From a virus (Duplodnaviria > Caudoviricetes): a stretch of DNA of 41,192 nt. Location of the stretch: the IMG/VR virus record IMGVR_UViG_3300011116_000486, positions 1 through 41,192 of that record. The stretch is one strand, 5' to 3'. Below are positions 1 through 8,426 of the stretch, one piece after another (the stretch's first letter is position 1; every line of letters starts with the position of its first letter). The notes beneath the pieces were generated by a model. It saw only the letters and a program-made list of their open reading frames with translations. It had not been told where the DNA came from and did no database searches. The translations under genes were made by a program, and so were the position numbers.

Positions 1-92
1 ACGCCTTGTGGCCATGCGAGTTCGGCAGCCACGTCATCAAGTGACCACGTACGTGTTGCCGTGTCGTACACGACGGCGTAGTGGTGCTTCAC
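1..92 (-). CDS. hypothetical early protein, partial (runs off window)
   Basis: GTG at 92 overlaps the upstream stop (GTGA); open frame MKHHYAVVYDTATRTWSLDDV to the window edge. Confidence 0.55.
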   Translation of the reverse strand, partial: MKHHYAVVYDTATRTWSLDDVAAELAWPQG

Positions 93-301
93 TTGTTCGC
101 TCGCTGGTCGAACCACTCCATGATGAACTCCACGACCAAGACAGCACCGACCACGAAGCACAACCCGATTGCACCAATCGCCACCATGACCAAGATGAAC
201 AGCAACGACCACACACCTGCGTTGATGATGCTCGTAGCGATCACCGCTGTCGTGACGGCGACAAGTGCGAGTAGTCCGATTGCTTTGAGTGTGTGCATCA
301 T
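89..301 (-). CDS. small membrane protein (2 TM)
   Basis: ATGA overlap with upstream gene; two long hydrophobic stretches. Confidence 0.7.
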   Translation of the reverse strand: MMHTLKAIGLLALVAVTTAVIATSIINAGVWSLLFILVMVAIGAIGLCFVVGAVLVVEFIMEWFDQRANK

Positions 302-597
302 GGCATCGTCTCGCTTGCGAGTGCTGGCCATGCTTGACGCCAGACGTTGAGCACGTCGGCACGTCCGTAGTTCTTCGCCAGCGAGTTGCGCACGTAGTCG
401 GCACCGACCGCACTGAGCAAGGTGAAGATGAGCGAGTCGCAGAACGCACAGTGCATCGGGTCATCGCTCATGTCGTCGTAGTTGAGTTCTTGCCAGAAGT
501 CAGGCACGACCTTCGGTGCGCACTTCTTGCACACCGGCATACCGTTGGCCACGTAGCCATTGACCGCTTGTCCTTTGCGCAGTTCGATCATGTTCAT
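298..597 (-). CDS. hypothetical protein with CxxC...CxxC Zn-binding motifs
   Basis: ORF coupled by ATGA overlap; CKKC and CAFC motifs. Confidence 0.75.
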   Translation of the reverse strand: MNMIELRKGQAVNGYVANGMPVCKKCAPKVVPDFWQELNYDDMSDDPMHCAFCDSLIFTLLSAVGADYVRNSLAKNYGRADVLNVWRQAWPALASETMP

Positions 598-1040
598 TGC
601 GCACCTGCAATTCGCTGTCCTTTGTTGACAGCAAACTCACGGCGTTGTGCCGGTGTCATTTCTTCCAACTTGGTCGTCTCGTCGTAGTCCAACTCCACAG
701 TGCGGTAGTTGTCCACGTGCCACCATTCACCGTCGTTGATGTTGATGACGTAGGTTCGCTTGTCCATTTGATTGTCTCCCTTTGTTGTTGGTTGCTGCAT
801 GATTGTAGTGCTCGGTTGTTCGGTGTTCAAGGATTCGATTGGCATGTCGTATGCGTAGGCCGTTATGACTTGACCACGATTCTCGTAGCGCACGAATGTC
901 TGACTGCCGTACGTATGGCGCACGACTTCACCGAACGGAATGAGCGAGTGTTTGATGAGCCACTGCAGTTCATCAACTGATGAGTCCAGCACGCCGATCA
1001 TCGTGCGATCGGCAAAGATGACCTTCACCTTGCTGGTCAT
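594..1040 (-). CDS. hypothetical protein; probable nested in-frame gene from ATG 767 (MDKRTYV...)
   Basis: ATG 1040 overlaps upstream stop; internal GGGAG SD before ATG 767. Confidence 0.65.
   Translation of the reverse strand: MTSKVKVIFADRTMIGVLDSSVDELQWLIKHSLIPFGEVVRHTYGSQTFVRYENRGQVITAYAYDMPIESLNTEQPSTTIMQQPTTKGDNQMDKRTYVININDGEWWHVDNYRTVELDYDETTKLEEMTPAQRREFAVNKGQRIAGAQ
802..830 (-). promoter_or_regulatory. internal sigma70/SigA-type promoter
   Basis: TTGAAC-N17-TACAAT followed by CAA-rich leader and SD to ATG 767. Confidence 0.6.
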
Positions 1041-1186
1041 ACGAGACTCCGAGTTTTCACGATGAGCCAAACGCCGCAGTCACATTCGATGCCTAGGTCA
1101 GTCGGCTCTAGGTACCATTGAAAGTCACATACTGGACAGTCACACTCATCGTTCACAACGTTGACTTCAATTTGTTTCGTTTTCAT
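1037..1186 (-). CDS. 49-aa Cys-rich Zn-ribbon protein (not in ORF track)
   Basis: AAGGAG SD; MKTKQIEVNVVNDECDCPVCDFQWYLEPTDLGIECDCGVWLIVKTRSLV; ATGA overlaps at both ends. Confidence 0.7.
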   Translation of the reverse strand: MKTKQIEVNVVNDECDCPVCDFQWYLEPTDLGIECDCGVWLIVKTRSLV

Positions 1187-1452
1187 TCGTTGTTCTCCTT
1201 GTATCCTTTGCGGTACTCACGCTTGATGCGATTCATCAGTGGGTGGTCGTAGGTCAGTGGCAGTTCGCCGGGCAGACCAGTTTCCAGTCGGCGCATCACG
1301 TCGTCCCATTCGACGCCGCCATCTGCAGCCGGGTAGTAGCGGTACTGCGTCTCTCCAAGTTCGTACGCTTCGTGCAGTAGGTCGGCCAGTCGTTCTTGCG
1401 TGAGCCATGGCACATCGGCGTATGGCATGTTGTTGGTTTGGTCAGTGATCAT
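1183..1452 (-). CDS. hypothetical protein
   Basis: AGGAG SD before ATG 1452 (MITDQTNN...). Confidence 0.75.
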   Translation of the reverse strand: MITDQTNNMPYADVPWLTQERLADLLHEAYELGETQYRYYPAADGGVEWDDVMRRLETGLPGELPLTYDHPLMNRIKREYRKGYKENNE

Positions 1453-1465
1453 TGTTGTTCTCCTA

Positions 1466-1804
1466 TCAAGCCACGCAAACGGCGATTCGGTAGTCAAGCC
1501 ACTTGATCGCATACTTCTGCGCTTCAAGGTTCGTCTTGAACTCACGGTGACGGGTTGCACCCTTGCCATTCGTTCCGCATGTCGTCACTCGGTAGCCGCC
1601 GTCGTGCATCTCATCCGACTCAATGATCTCCAGCCGGAAGGTTGAGCCACATTGACGAACCTTGTGCTTCATTGCTTCGGGCGCTCGCTTGTCAACAAGC
1701 ACGATCTCATCGGCTTCGATGTTGAGCCACGACCAACGAACACCGTCAGTCTTTGCCTTCCAGATACCGAGTTCGCTTGCCTTTGGTCGCATGGTCTTGT
1801 TCAT
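1466..1804 (-). CDS. hypothetical early protein (probable paralog of 1868-2251)
   Basis: AAGGAG SD; KASELG N-terminal motif. Confidence 0.8.
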   Translation of the reverse strand: MNKTMRPKASELGIWKAKTDGVRWSWLNIEADEIVLVDKRAPEAMKHKVRQCGSTFRLEIIESDEMHDGGYRVTTCGTNGKGATRHREFKTNLEAQKYAIKWLDYRIAVCVA

Positions 1805-1837
1805 GTTGTTGTCTCCTTTGGTGTTGATCGTTCTTTG

Positions 1838-1866
1838 ATTGTCGCATAGTTGAACTGAGTTGCGGA
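1838..1866 (-). promoter_or_regulatory. promoter with AACTCAGTT element
   Basis: TCCGCA-N17-GACAAT with core AACTCAGTT at 1853-1861. Confidence 0.55.
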
Positions 1867-1867
1867 A

Positions 1868-2251
1868 CTACAATTTGATGATCTCAAAGTTGCAGTCAAT
1901 GTATTCCAAACCAGCAGATTTGGCGTCTACGACATTGGCGAAGAACTTGATTGACTGTCCGATAACGCCAAGCACTTCAAGTGCATAGCGAGTGGTTCCC
2001 GTTGAGTCATTTTCGACACGGTAGATTTTGACGTTGACGTCACGGTGGCCATCTCCATTGAAGTGAACCTTGAAACCCTGCTTTGCAAGATTGCCAGCGA
2101 AAGCCCACTCTGCACTGAATGGAAGTTCCTGACCCGTGTAGACACGTGGGAAGTTCGATGTGTCAATACGAAACTTACCGAAGTCGCTGGCCTTGAGATT
2201 GCTGGTCTGAGTGTTCATGCTGTCTCCTTGGTTGTTGGTGTTGTTCTTCAT
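1868..2251 (-). CDS. hypothetical early protein (leaderless ATG 2251 or SD-led ATG 2218)
   Basis: ORF; KASDFG motif; two in-frame starts. Confidence 0.8.
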   Translation of the reverse strand: MKNNTNNQGDSMNTQTSNLKASDFGKFRIDTSNFPRVYTGQELPFSAEWAFAGNLAKQGFKVHFNGDGHRDVNVKIYRVENDSTGTTRYALEVLGVIGQSIKFFANVVDAKSAGLEYIDCNFEIIKL

Positions 2252-2257
2252 GTATCC

Positions 2258-2287
2258 ATTATGCACACAAGTGAACTGAGTTGTCAA
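2258..2287 (-). promoter_or_regulatory. strong leaderless promoter with operator-like element
   Basis: TTGACA-ACTCAGTTCAC..(N18)-CATAAT-N6-ATG. Confidence 0.8.
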
Positions 2288-2288
2288 A

Positions 2289-2570
2289 CTACACAGCATC
2301 GGCACGAACGCTGCGACGCTTCGCCTTGGTCGGTTGCGTCACACGACTCGGCAAGAATGTCCGAAACTTGTTGTGACCATTGACGCCACCAACGACCGTG
2401 ACTTCGGTGACCACACCATCTCGTTCGTAAGCGTACTGAAATCGAAACTCGGCACCGTGAGTTCCAGAGACGTGAACCAAATCACCTTTCTCAAATCCGT
2501 TCCACGAATCCACGGTGACGTACTTGTTGTCAATCGCTAGCGATTCGACGCCGGTGTTGCGCTTTGCCAT
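2289..2570 (-). CDS. hypothetical protein (beta-rich, possibly SH3-like)
   Basis: AAGGAG SD; ORF 93 aa. Confidence 0.8.
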   Translation of the reverse strand: MAKRNTGVESLAIDNKYVTVDSWNGFEKGDLVHVSGTHGAEFRFQYAYERDGVVTEVTVVGGVNGHNKFRTFLPSRVTQPTKAKRRSVRADAV

Positions 2571-2587
2571 GTTGCACTCCTTGCTCG

Positions 2588-2680
2588 GTTGTGAACTGAG
2601 TTTATCATAATGAGGCTACGACTGCAAGATAACCAAGTTCTGTGAACTGATTTGCAAACGTCACAGCCATGGTCTACAAT
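2588..2680. promoter_or_regulatory. divergent early promoter region with operator-like elements
   Basis: leftward TTGCAG-N17-TAAACT overlapped by AACTCAGTTCAC; rightward TTGCAA(2652)-N17-TACAAT(2675) preceded by GTGAACTGATTTG. Confidence 0.7.
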
Positions 2681-2715
2681 CTCATCGTCACACCAACCAA
2701 CAACAAGGAGACGAG

Positions 2716-2946
2716 ATGAAGAATCCGTTTGAGCGTTTCAGTTTCACCCGATCAAAGACTGGTCGGTTCACACCAGCATCAGTGCGTCCACCAATGGAAT
2801 CGTCCATGACCATTGCAACCACGATTCCAACAGCGAGCGAAGTTCGTGAGTGGGCACGTAGTCAAGGTATGCACGTCGGCCAGCGTGGTCGTGTCTCACA
2901 CGAACTGTTCCAGCAATACCGCTCGGCACACAAGGGTGAAGCATGA
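2716..2946 (+). CDS. Lsr2-like DNA-binding domain protein
   Basis: VREWARSQGMHVGQRGRVS matches the Lsr2 C-terminal AT-hook-like domain; AAGGAG SD. Confidence 0.85.
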   Translation: MKNPFERFSFTRSKTGRFTPASVRPPMESSMTIATTIPTASEVREWARSQGMHVGQRGRVSHELFQQYRSAHKGEA

Positions 2947-3830
2947 CTCAGAACGAACTCATCGAAGCGGCACGACCTGCGCTTGAAGCACTTGAAGAAG
3001 TTGCCGTCGCAAAGCCTGAACCAGACGACTTGCGCCTCTGGTCAATCACCACAATTCTCGGCGTGCTTGACAAGCCAGCATTGCTGTATTGGGCAGCCGA
3101 GCAAACGGCAGAGTCGGCAGTTGCCGTTGCGAAGTCATTGCCTGATCGCATTGCCGAAGAAGGTGAAGAAGCCGTCATCAAGTGGCTACGAGACGCACGA
3201 TTCCGGGCGCCGAAGCAAAAGCGTTCGGCTGCGCAACTTGGCACCGACGTTCACGCTGCGCTTGAAGAACTCGCACTGACCGGCAAGCAACCAATCGTTG
3301 ACGACGAAGTGCGGCCATTCATGGAACAGTTCGACAAGTGGGCACAGAAGTGGCAGCCGGAATACGAAGCCGCAGAGATGACGGTCTACTCACCGACCTA
3401 TGGCTACAGCGGCACGAGCGACGGCATCATGCGCATCGCTGGTCAGACGTTGTACTTCGACTACAAGACCAGTCGCAAGTCGTTCGACTCCAAAGGCAAG
3501 CCAACCGGCCCATACCCGGAAGTCGGATTGCAGATTGCTGCAGCACGCTACGCCGAGTTCGCTGCTACATGGCGTCCACGTCGCTACGAACAATTCCGTC
3601 GCCGTTACTACTTGCTTGGCAAGGCGGAGATCGAAGCGAGCGTTCCAGTGCCAGAGGCAGACGGTGGCATCGTCATCCACATCACGCCTGACCACTGTGA
3701 TGCCTATCCGGTGCGATGTGACAAGGACGTGCATACTTCGTTCTTGTACATCTTGGAAGCGGCACGGTATCAGTTTGAGACGAGCAAGACCATCGTTGGC
3801 GCTCCACTCGTTCATCCTGAGGACGTGTAG
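2943..3830 (+). CDS. PD-(D/E)XK exonuclease (Cas4/RecB-like phage recombination nuclease)
   Basis: SITTIL..LDKPAL..WAA, GTDVH, E...YSGTSD...DYKT motifs. Confidence 0.8.
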   Translation: MTQNELIEAARPALEALEEVAVAKPEPDDLRLWSITTILGVLDKPALLYWAAEQTAESAVAVAKSLPDRIAEEGEEAVIKWLRDARFRAPKQKRSAAQLGTDVHAALEELALTGKQPIVDDEVRPFMEQFDKWAQKWQPEYEAAEMTVYSPTYGYSGTSDGIMRIAGQTLYFDYKTSRKSFDSKGKPTGPYPEVGLQIAAARYAEFAATWRPRRYEQFRRRYYLLGKAEIEASVPVPEADGGIVIHITPDHCDAYPVRCDKDVHTSFLYILEAARYQFETSKTIVGAPLVHPEDV

Positions 3831-3832
3831 CC

Positions 3833-4006
3833 ATGGTCGAATACATCGTTACCATTGCCAAGACCTATGCCATCACGGCGAAAGACACTGATGCTGCAAC
3901 TGCCAAAGCATTTGAGGACTTGCGCAACACCATGGCCGACTTGAGCAATGCACCAATGGTCGCATTGCAACGAGAGTTCTACAGCGTCGCTAAGGAGAGC
4001 AAGTGA
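3833..4006 (+). CDS. 57-aa hypothetical protein (not in ORF track)
   Basis: GAGG SD; MVEYIVTIAKTYAITAKD...; fills the operon gap. Confidence 0.65.
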   Translation: MVEYIVTIAKTYAITAKDTDAATAKAFEDLRNTMADLSNAPMVALQREFYSVAKESK

Positions 4007-4167
4007 GTCCATCAGACAAAGAGTTCGTGACACCACTGCAGGAAATGGCGAACGCCATGCACGAAGTATTTGAGACGTATTGCGCTGCCGGTTTCAATGA
4101 GGCACAGGCGCTCAGTCTCGTAATCGCACAACTACAAACAACACTACAAATGGGGATGGATGAATGA
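4003..4167 (+). CDS. 54-aa hypothetical protein (not in ORF track)
   Basis: AAGGAG SD, GTGA/ATGA overlaps; TPLQEMANAMHEVFETYCAAGFNEAQAL. Confidence 0.7.
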   Translation: MSPSDKEFVTPLQEMANAMHEVFETYCAAGFNEAQALSLVIAQLQTTLQMGMDE

Positions 4168-5309
4168 CACCAATCATTGACCTGCAGCGCAGGCTGCGAG
4201 AAGCCGGGCGTATTCGCATCGGTGAGAAGGTACGAGGCAACGACGGCAAGTCTCGTCCGGGCAAGTTGACCGAGTTCCGGTTCACGAGTTCAGACGAGCG
4301 TTCGATTCGTTCCATTGCCGACCTGTACGGTGGCGAAGTTCACCAATGGGAAGGTGCGCCAGTTGGCGAGCAATGGGAAGTGTACACAGACGCTAAGGCG
4401 CTTGACGTCGTAGTGCCACCTGTTGACCTTGCCTTCTCGCAATGGATGGAACTGTGGAGTGGTGGCGGCTGTGCTCGTCGCTGCGACGGTCAGACCAACG
4501 TGATCAACGACACGGCGTGTGTGTGCAATCCAGATGCACCACAGTGCAGGCCGACCACTCGGCTTGGCGTCATCTTGACGGCGCTTGAAGGCATTGGCGT
4601 GTGGCGTGTCGAACTCCACGGCTGGAACGGCGCACAGGAATTGCTTGGTGCAATCGAAGTCCTGCGCACGATGCAGAATCGTGGCTCAATGGTTCCTGCA
4701 CGGTTGCTGCTTGAGCAACGTCAGTCAAGGCGTGACGGCAAGACGTACAACTTCGCCGTGCCAGTGCTGGACTTGAACTTCAACGTCGCATCGGTCATGG
4801 CCGGTCAAGACGTTGACCACATCAAGCCAATCGCACGCACCGTCAACAACGTGCCATCACTCGCAGATCAAATTGCTGCGGTGGACAATCCTGATCGCTT
4901 GCGTGCACCTGCACGTGCTGGTGCGGCTGCAGCGTTGCCAAAGACAGGACTTGCGCCACGCACGGTCAAGGCAGCCGAGATGCTTCCAGAGGCATCTGTG
5001 AGCGCCCCTGTGGTCACGGCAGTACAACCTGCATCGTCTAGTGACTCCGTTGAGTTGCGACGTCTCAAAGCCATGATGAACGGCAACACGTTCATCGGCA
5101 CCGATGAGGCAACACGATTGGCTTGGGCAACGGCATACCTTGGTCGTCAGATCACTGACTTTGCGACCTTGAACGTCGAAGAACTTGGCACGCTCACGCA
5201 ACTCATCAAAGGTGGCCACATCGCCAGTGCAGCAAGCGTGACCAATCCACAAGTAGTAACATCAGCAACACGGCAATACTCTGACACCGACCCTGAAAGG
5301 CCTTTCTAA
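4164..5309 (+). CDS. phiC31 Gp3-like (recombination directionality factor-like) protein
   Basis: LQRRLREAGRIRIG...PGKL..FRFTS, W..GGC.RRCDG, C.C...C.PTTRL motifs; context next to exonuclease and SSB. Confidence 0.7.
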   Translation: MTPIIDLQRRLREAGRIRIGEKVRGNDGKSRPGKLTEFRFTSSDERSIRSIADLYGGEVHQWEGAPVGEQWEVYTDAKALDVVVPPVDLAFSQWMELWSGGGCARRCDGQTNVINDTACVCNPDAPQCRPTTRLGVILTALEGIGVWRVELHGWNGAQELLGAIEVLRTMQNRGSMVPARLLLEQRQSRRDGKTYNFAVPVLDLNFNVASVMAGQDVDHIKPIARTVNNVPSLADQIAAVDNPDRLRAPARAGAAAALPKTGLAPRTVKAAEMLPEASVSAPVVTAVQPASSSDSVELRRLKAMMNGNTFIGTDEATRLAWATAYLGRQITDFATLNVEELGTLTQLIKGGHIASAASVTNPQVVTSATRQYSDTDPERPF

Positions 5310-5743
5310 TGGCAGACAACACAGTTTCACTCGTAGGTAATTTGACTCGTGACCCTGAGATGCGCTTCGGCGCAAACGGTGGCACGGCAGTCGTCTCGTT
5401 CGGCATGGCAGTCAACAGCCGCAAGAAGGCGAGCAACGGCGAATGGGAAGATGAACCAAAGTTCTTCGACGTCGTGGCGTTCGGTGACTTGGCCGAGAAC
5501 ATCGCTGCATCGCTCACCAAAGGCACACGCATCGTTCTCAACGGCAAGTTGGACTGGTCGCAATGGGATGACAAAGACGGTGGTGGCAAGCGAAGCAAGG
5601 TGCAGGTCATTGCCGAGAGCGTCGGTGCCGACCTTCGTTGGGCAACGGTCGTGGTCACTCGCACGCAGCCAACGAGCACGAACACCCGGAGCAATGGGCG
5701 CAGCAACACTCGGAGCAACTACAGCGACGAACCTTCGTTCTAA
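5309..5743 (+). CDS. ssb: single-stranded DNA-binding protein
   Basis: VGNLTRDPEMRF N-terminus, OB fold, acidic tail DEPSF. Confidence 0.95.
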   Translation: MADNTVSLVGNLTRDPEMRFGANGGTAVVSFGMAVNSRKKASNGEWEDEPKFFDVVAFGDLAENIAASLTKGTRIVLNGKLDWSQWDDKDGGGKRSKVQVIAESVGADLRWATVVVTRTQPTSTNTRSNGRSNTRSNYSDEPSF

Positions 5744-5746
5744 GCG

Positions 5747-6073
5747 ATGAGCGACCTTGAGCGGCATCTGATCGCTCAACTCGCACACCTTGAGGACAGC
5801 CAGCCCGAATTGGAGTATCGCTTTCATCCGGTACGACGCTGGCGGTTTGATTTGGCATGGCCTGACCTGCGTGTTGCTTGTGAAGTTGAAGGTGGCACGT
5901 GGGCAGGCGGTCGTCATACACGAGGTAGTGGGTTTGAGGCCGACGCAATCAAGTACAACACTGCCGCCATTGACGGCTGGCTGGTCATTCGTGTCACCGG
6001 CAACATGGTCAAAGATGGTCAAGCACTGACGGCGATTAGGCAAGCACTTGCAGCAAGACGTGGTGCAAAGTGA
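5747..6073 (+). CDS. PD-(D/E)XK endonuclease (DUF559/Vsr-like)
   Basis: EYRFHPVRRWRFDLAWP..RVACEVEGG...D..KYN.A...GW. Confidence 0.8.
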   Translation: MSDLERHLIAQLAHLEDSQPELEYRFHPVRRWRFDLAWPDLRVACEVEGGTWAGGRHTRGSGFEADAIKYNTAAIDGWLVIRVTGNMVKDGQALTAIRQALAARRGAK

Positions 6074-6306
6074 GCGACTCACAACAATGGCGACGTAAGG
6101 CTGCATGTCGTGGTCTTGAACTCAAAACCTTCTACAGCGAGATGAATCCATTGCGCAAATCAACTTGCGCAGGTTGCACCGTTCGTGAAGAATGTCTCGC
6201 CTACGTGCTCAAGAGCGAAGATCAACTGCGATGGCGTAGTGGCTTTTGGGCAGGCATGTCTGCGCTTGAACGCAATAGAAAATACGGAACGATGAAGGGG
6301 AGATGA
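6070..6306 (+). CDS. whiB: WhiB family transcriptional regulator
   Basis: W...AAC, CxxC, C, G(F)WAG motif. Confidence 0.9.
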   Translation: MSDSQQWRRKAACRGLELKTFYSEMNPLRKSTCAGCTVREECLAYVLKSEDQLRWRSGFWAGMSALERNRKYGTMKGR

Positions 6307-6307
6307 C

Positions 6308-7204
6308 ATGGCAAAGGGTGGACGGCTTTTCGTACCGCTAGACGTCAACTGGTACGACGAATGGGGACACACGGTGAGCGCAGATGCAGCACTCGTGTGG
6401 ATTCTCGCATTGACCACGTGCAAGCGCATGAGGCTTGACGGCGTACTCACACGGTCGCAGTTGTTTCGTGTCGCACCAACCGGCATGACTGGCCAACGTT
6501 TTGATGAAGTGATTGACGAGTTGCATCGGGGCGATGTCGCCCCGATGTCGGCCGACGATCGCAACGTCTATTTGCATGGTTGGAGTGAGTGGAATGACAT
6601 GTCAAGTGACTATGCAGACGCTAGCCAAAGTGGTATGTATGGCAATCACATGCGATGGCACGTGAAGGCGCAAAAGCCAAGCAATAACTGCGTATTCTGC
6701 ATCAACGATGATGATGTATCGGGGCGAGTCGGGTGCGATGATCGCCCCGAATCCAAGAGTAGAGTAGAGAATAGTAGAGAAGAAACTAATGTACCAATCG
6801 AACCATCAACACCATCAGTAGCAACCTATGAGACTGACTTTGATGCTTGCTGGAAGCACTATCCACGCAAGATCGCTCGCAAGGCTGCACTCAAGGCATA
6901 CATCGCTCAACGACGCAAGGGTGTGCCAGCCGATGTACTGTTGACAGCCACGCAACATTTCGTGAAGGCGATGACCAAGGAGGGTCGAACCGACGAGCAC
7001 GTGCTGCACGGCGCAACGTTCTACGGACCGAGCGACAGATGGGAAGATTACGTCGAAGCACCAGAACCAGAACCAGTTGAAGCAATCGCATCAGGCGCAA
7101 CAAGACTGCGCTACGAGGACTACGCCGGTGAAATGGGCGATCGAGTAGTGCTACCGGGAGAACACCAAGGGAGAAACCAGAATGTCAACATCACCACCGT
7201 ATGA
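6308..7204 (+). CDS. phage replication initiator
   Basis: N-terminal helical DNA-binding region, C-terminal F..W..YPRK..K..A..AY...H.ATF domain; internal iterons; upstream of helicase. Confidence 0.75.
   Translation: MAKGGRLFVPLDVNWYDEWGHTVSADAALVWILALTTCKRMRLDGVLTRSQLFRVAPTGMTGQRFDEVIDELHRGDVAPMSADDRNVYLHGWSEWNDMSSDYADASQSGMYGNHMRWHVKAQKPSNNCVFCINDDDVSGRVGCDDRPESKSRVENSREETNVPIEPSTPSVATYETDFDACWKHYPRKIARKAALKAYIAQRRKGVPADVLLTATQHFVKAMTKEGRTDEHVLHGATFYGPSDRWEDYVEAPEPEPVEAIASGATRLRYEDYAGEMGDRVVLPGEHQGRNQNVNITTV
6524..6795. repeat. putative replication origin: TCGGGGCGA iterons plus purine-rich tract
   Basis: perfect CATCGGGGCGA-TG-TCGCCCCGATG at 6524-6547; TCGGGGCGA, TCGGGTGCGA, TCGCCCCGA at 6719-6750; AG/AT-rich 6756-6795. 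Confidence 0.65.
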
Positions 7205-8426
7205 CCAAGTAGCCGAAGAATCGGTGCTTGGAGCAATGATGCTCAGCAACTTGGCGATTGACGCCGTGTCAGGTTCGTTGGCCGCAACAGACTTCTACCG
7301 ACCACTGCACGGTCACGTGTACGACAGCATCTTGCGACTTCACGCACGTGGCGTGGTGGTTGATGCCGTGACGGTGCGATCAGACCTTGAAGCAACTGTT
7401 GGCACCGACGTCATTGGCGATGGCTCGGCGCTCATCGAAATGGTCGTGAGCGCACCATCGGTGACGGCAGTTCGTCACTACGCCGAAATCGTTCTTGACC
7501 GCTCACTACGCAGGCGACTCATGGTCGAAGGCAACGAGTTGGCGAAGCAAGCCATGACCATGACCATTGACCCGATGGACTTGCTGCAGAGTCATCAAGC
7601 ACTTGTGTCCACGATGGGTTCCACGCTCATTGACCATGAGCCTGACGACGTGAGCATTGAGGAGTTCGTGGCACGACCACGCAGCAACGTCTCACCATGG
7701 GTCATTCACGGACTGCTTCGACGCAGGCACAAGATTATGATTGTCGGCGGCGAAGGTGCTGGCAAGTCTTGGGTGCTTCGCTTCATGGCCATCTGCGCTG
7801 CATACGGCGTGCATCCATTTCGTCACGACCGCATCAAGCCGATTCGTACGCTCATCATTGACCTTGAGAATCCAGAGGACGCACTGTACGACTCGTTTGA
7901 GATGATGTTGAAACAGGTGGCTTCGTACAATCCACAAGACGAGACGCACGCACGGTTGTGGTGGCGCCCGGCTGGCATCAACTTGCGCAACCGGGTTGAC
8001 GTTGCCGAGTTGGAGAATGTCATTCGCACAAGACGACCTGACCTTGTGTGTCTTGGCCCACTGTACGCATCGTATGAGAACACCAGCAAGGACTTCGGGT
8101 GGGAGACAGCCGCACGAGAAGTACAGGTGGTGCTCAAGCAACTGATGGTTCGTTACGACTTCGGCTTGATGATTGAAGATCACGCACCACAAGCCGACAG
8201 CAAAGGCAAGCGAGACATGCGACCGTACGGTTCGTCAATGTGGCGCAGGTGGCCGGACGTCGGCATTGGAATGGAGCCGGTCGAAGGAAACGACCACTCA
8301 TTCCGACTCACTCGTTGGCGTGGTGACCGTGTGCCGTTGGATTGGCCTGAGTTCATCACGAGAGGCTCGGCCATGAACTCGCCGTGGCCGTTCGTTGGCA
8401 CGTGGACTGATGAGGTGAGTTTCTGA
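7182..8426 (+). CDS. replicative helicase (DnaB N-terminal domain + RecA-fold AAA_25 ATPase)
   Basis: PPY...AEESVLGAM..DFY...H...Y N-terminus; Walker A GGEGAGKS; IDLEN. Confidence 0.85.
   Translation: MSTSPPYDQVAEESVLGAMMLSNLAIDAVSGSLAATDFYRPLHGHVYDSILRLHARGVVVDAVTVRSDLEATVGTDVIGDGSALIEMVVSAPSVTAVRHYAEIVLDRSLRRRLMVEGNELAKQAMTMTIDPMDLLQSHQALVSTMGSTLIDHEPDDVSIEEFVARPRSNVSPWVIHGLLRRRHKIMIVGGEGAGKSWVLRFMAICAAYGVHPFRHDRIKPIRTLIIDLENPEDALYDSFEMMLKQVASYNPQDETHARLWWRPAGINLRNRVDVAELENVIRTRRPDLVCLGPLYASYENTSKDFGWETAAREVQVVLKQLMVRYDFGLMIEDHAPQADSKGKRDMRPYGSSMWRRWPDVGIGMEPVEGNDHSFRLTRWRGDRVPLDWPEFITRGSAMNSPWPFVGTWTDEVSF

Noticed and set aside
2271-2287. Operator as LexA, CRP or Rex box
   Set aside because: Spacing and second half-site deviate from GAAC-N4-GTTC, TGTGA-N6-TCACA and TTGTGAA-N4-TTCACAA
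2943-3830. cas4 / CRISPR-Cas locus
   Set aside because: No Fe-S cysteine pattern or array; ordinary phage recombination context
4164-5309. Evidence of an integration module
   Set aside because: Gp3-like gene present but no integrase, att site or repressor visible in this window; lifestyle undetermined
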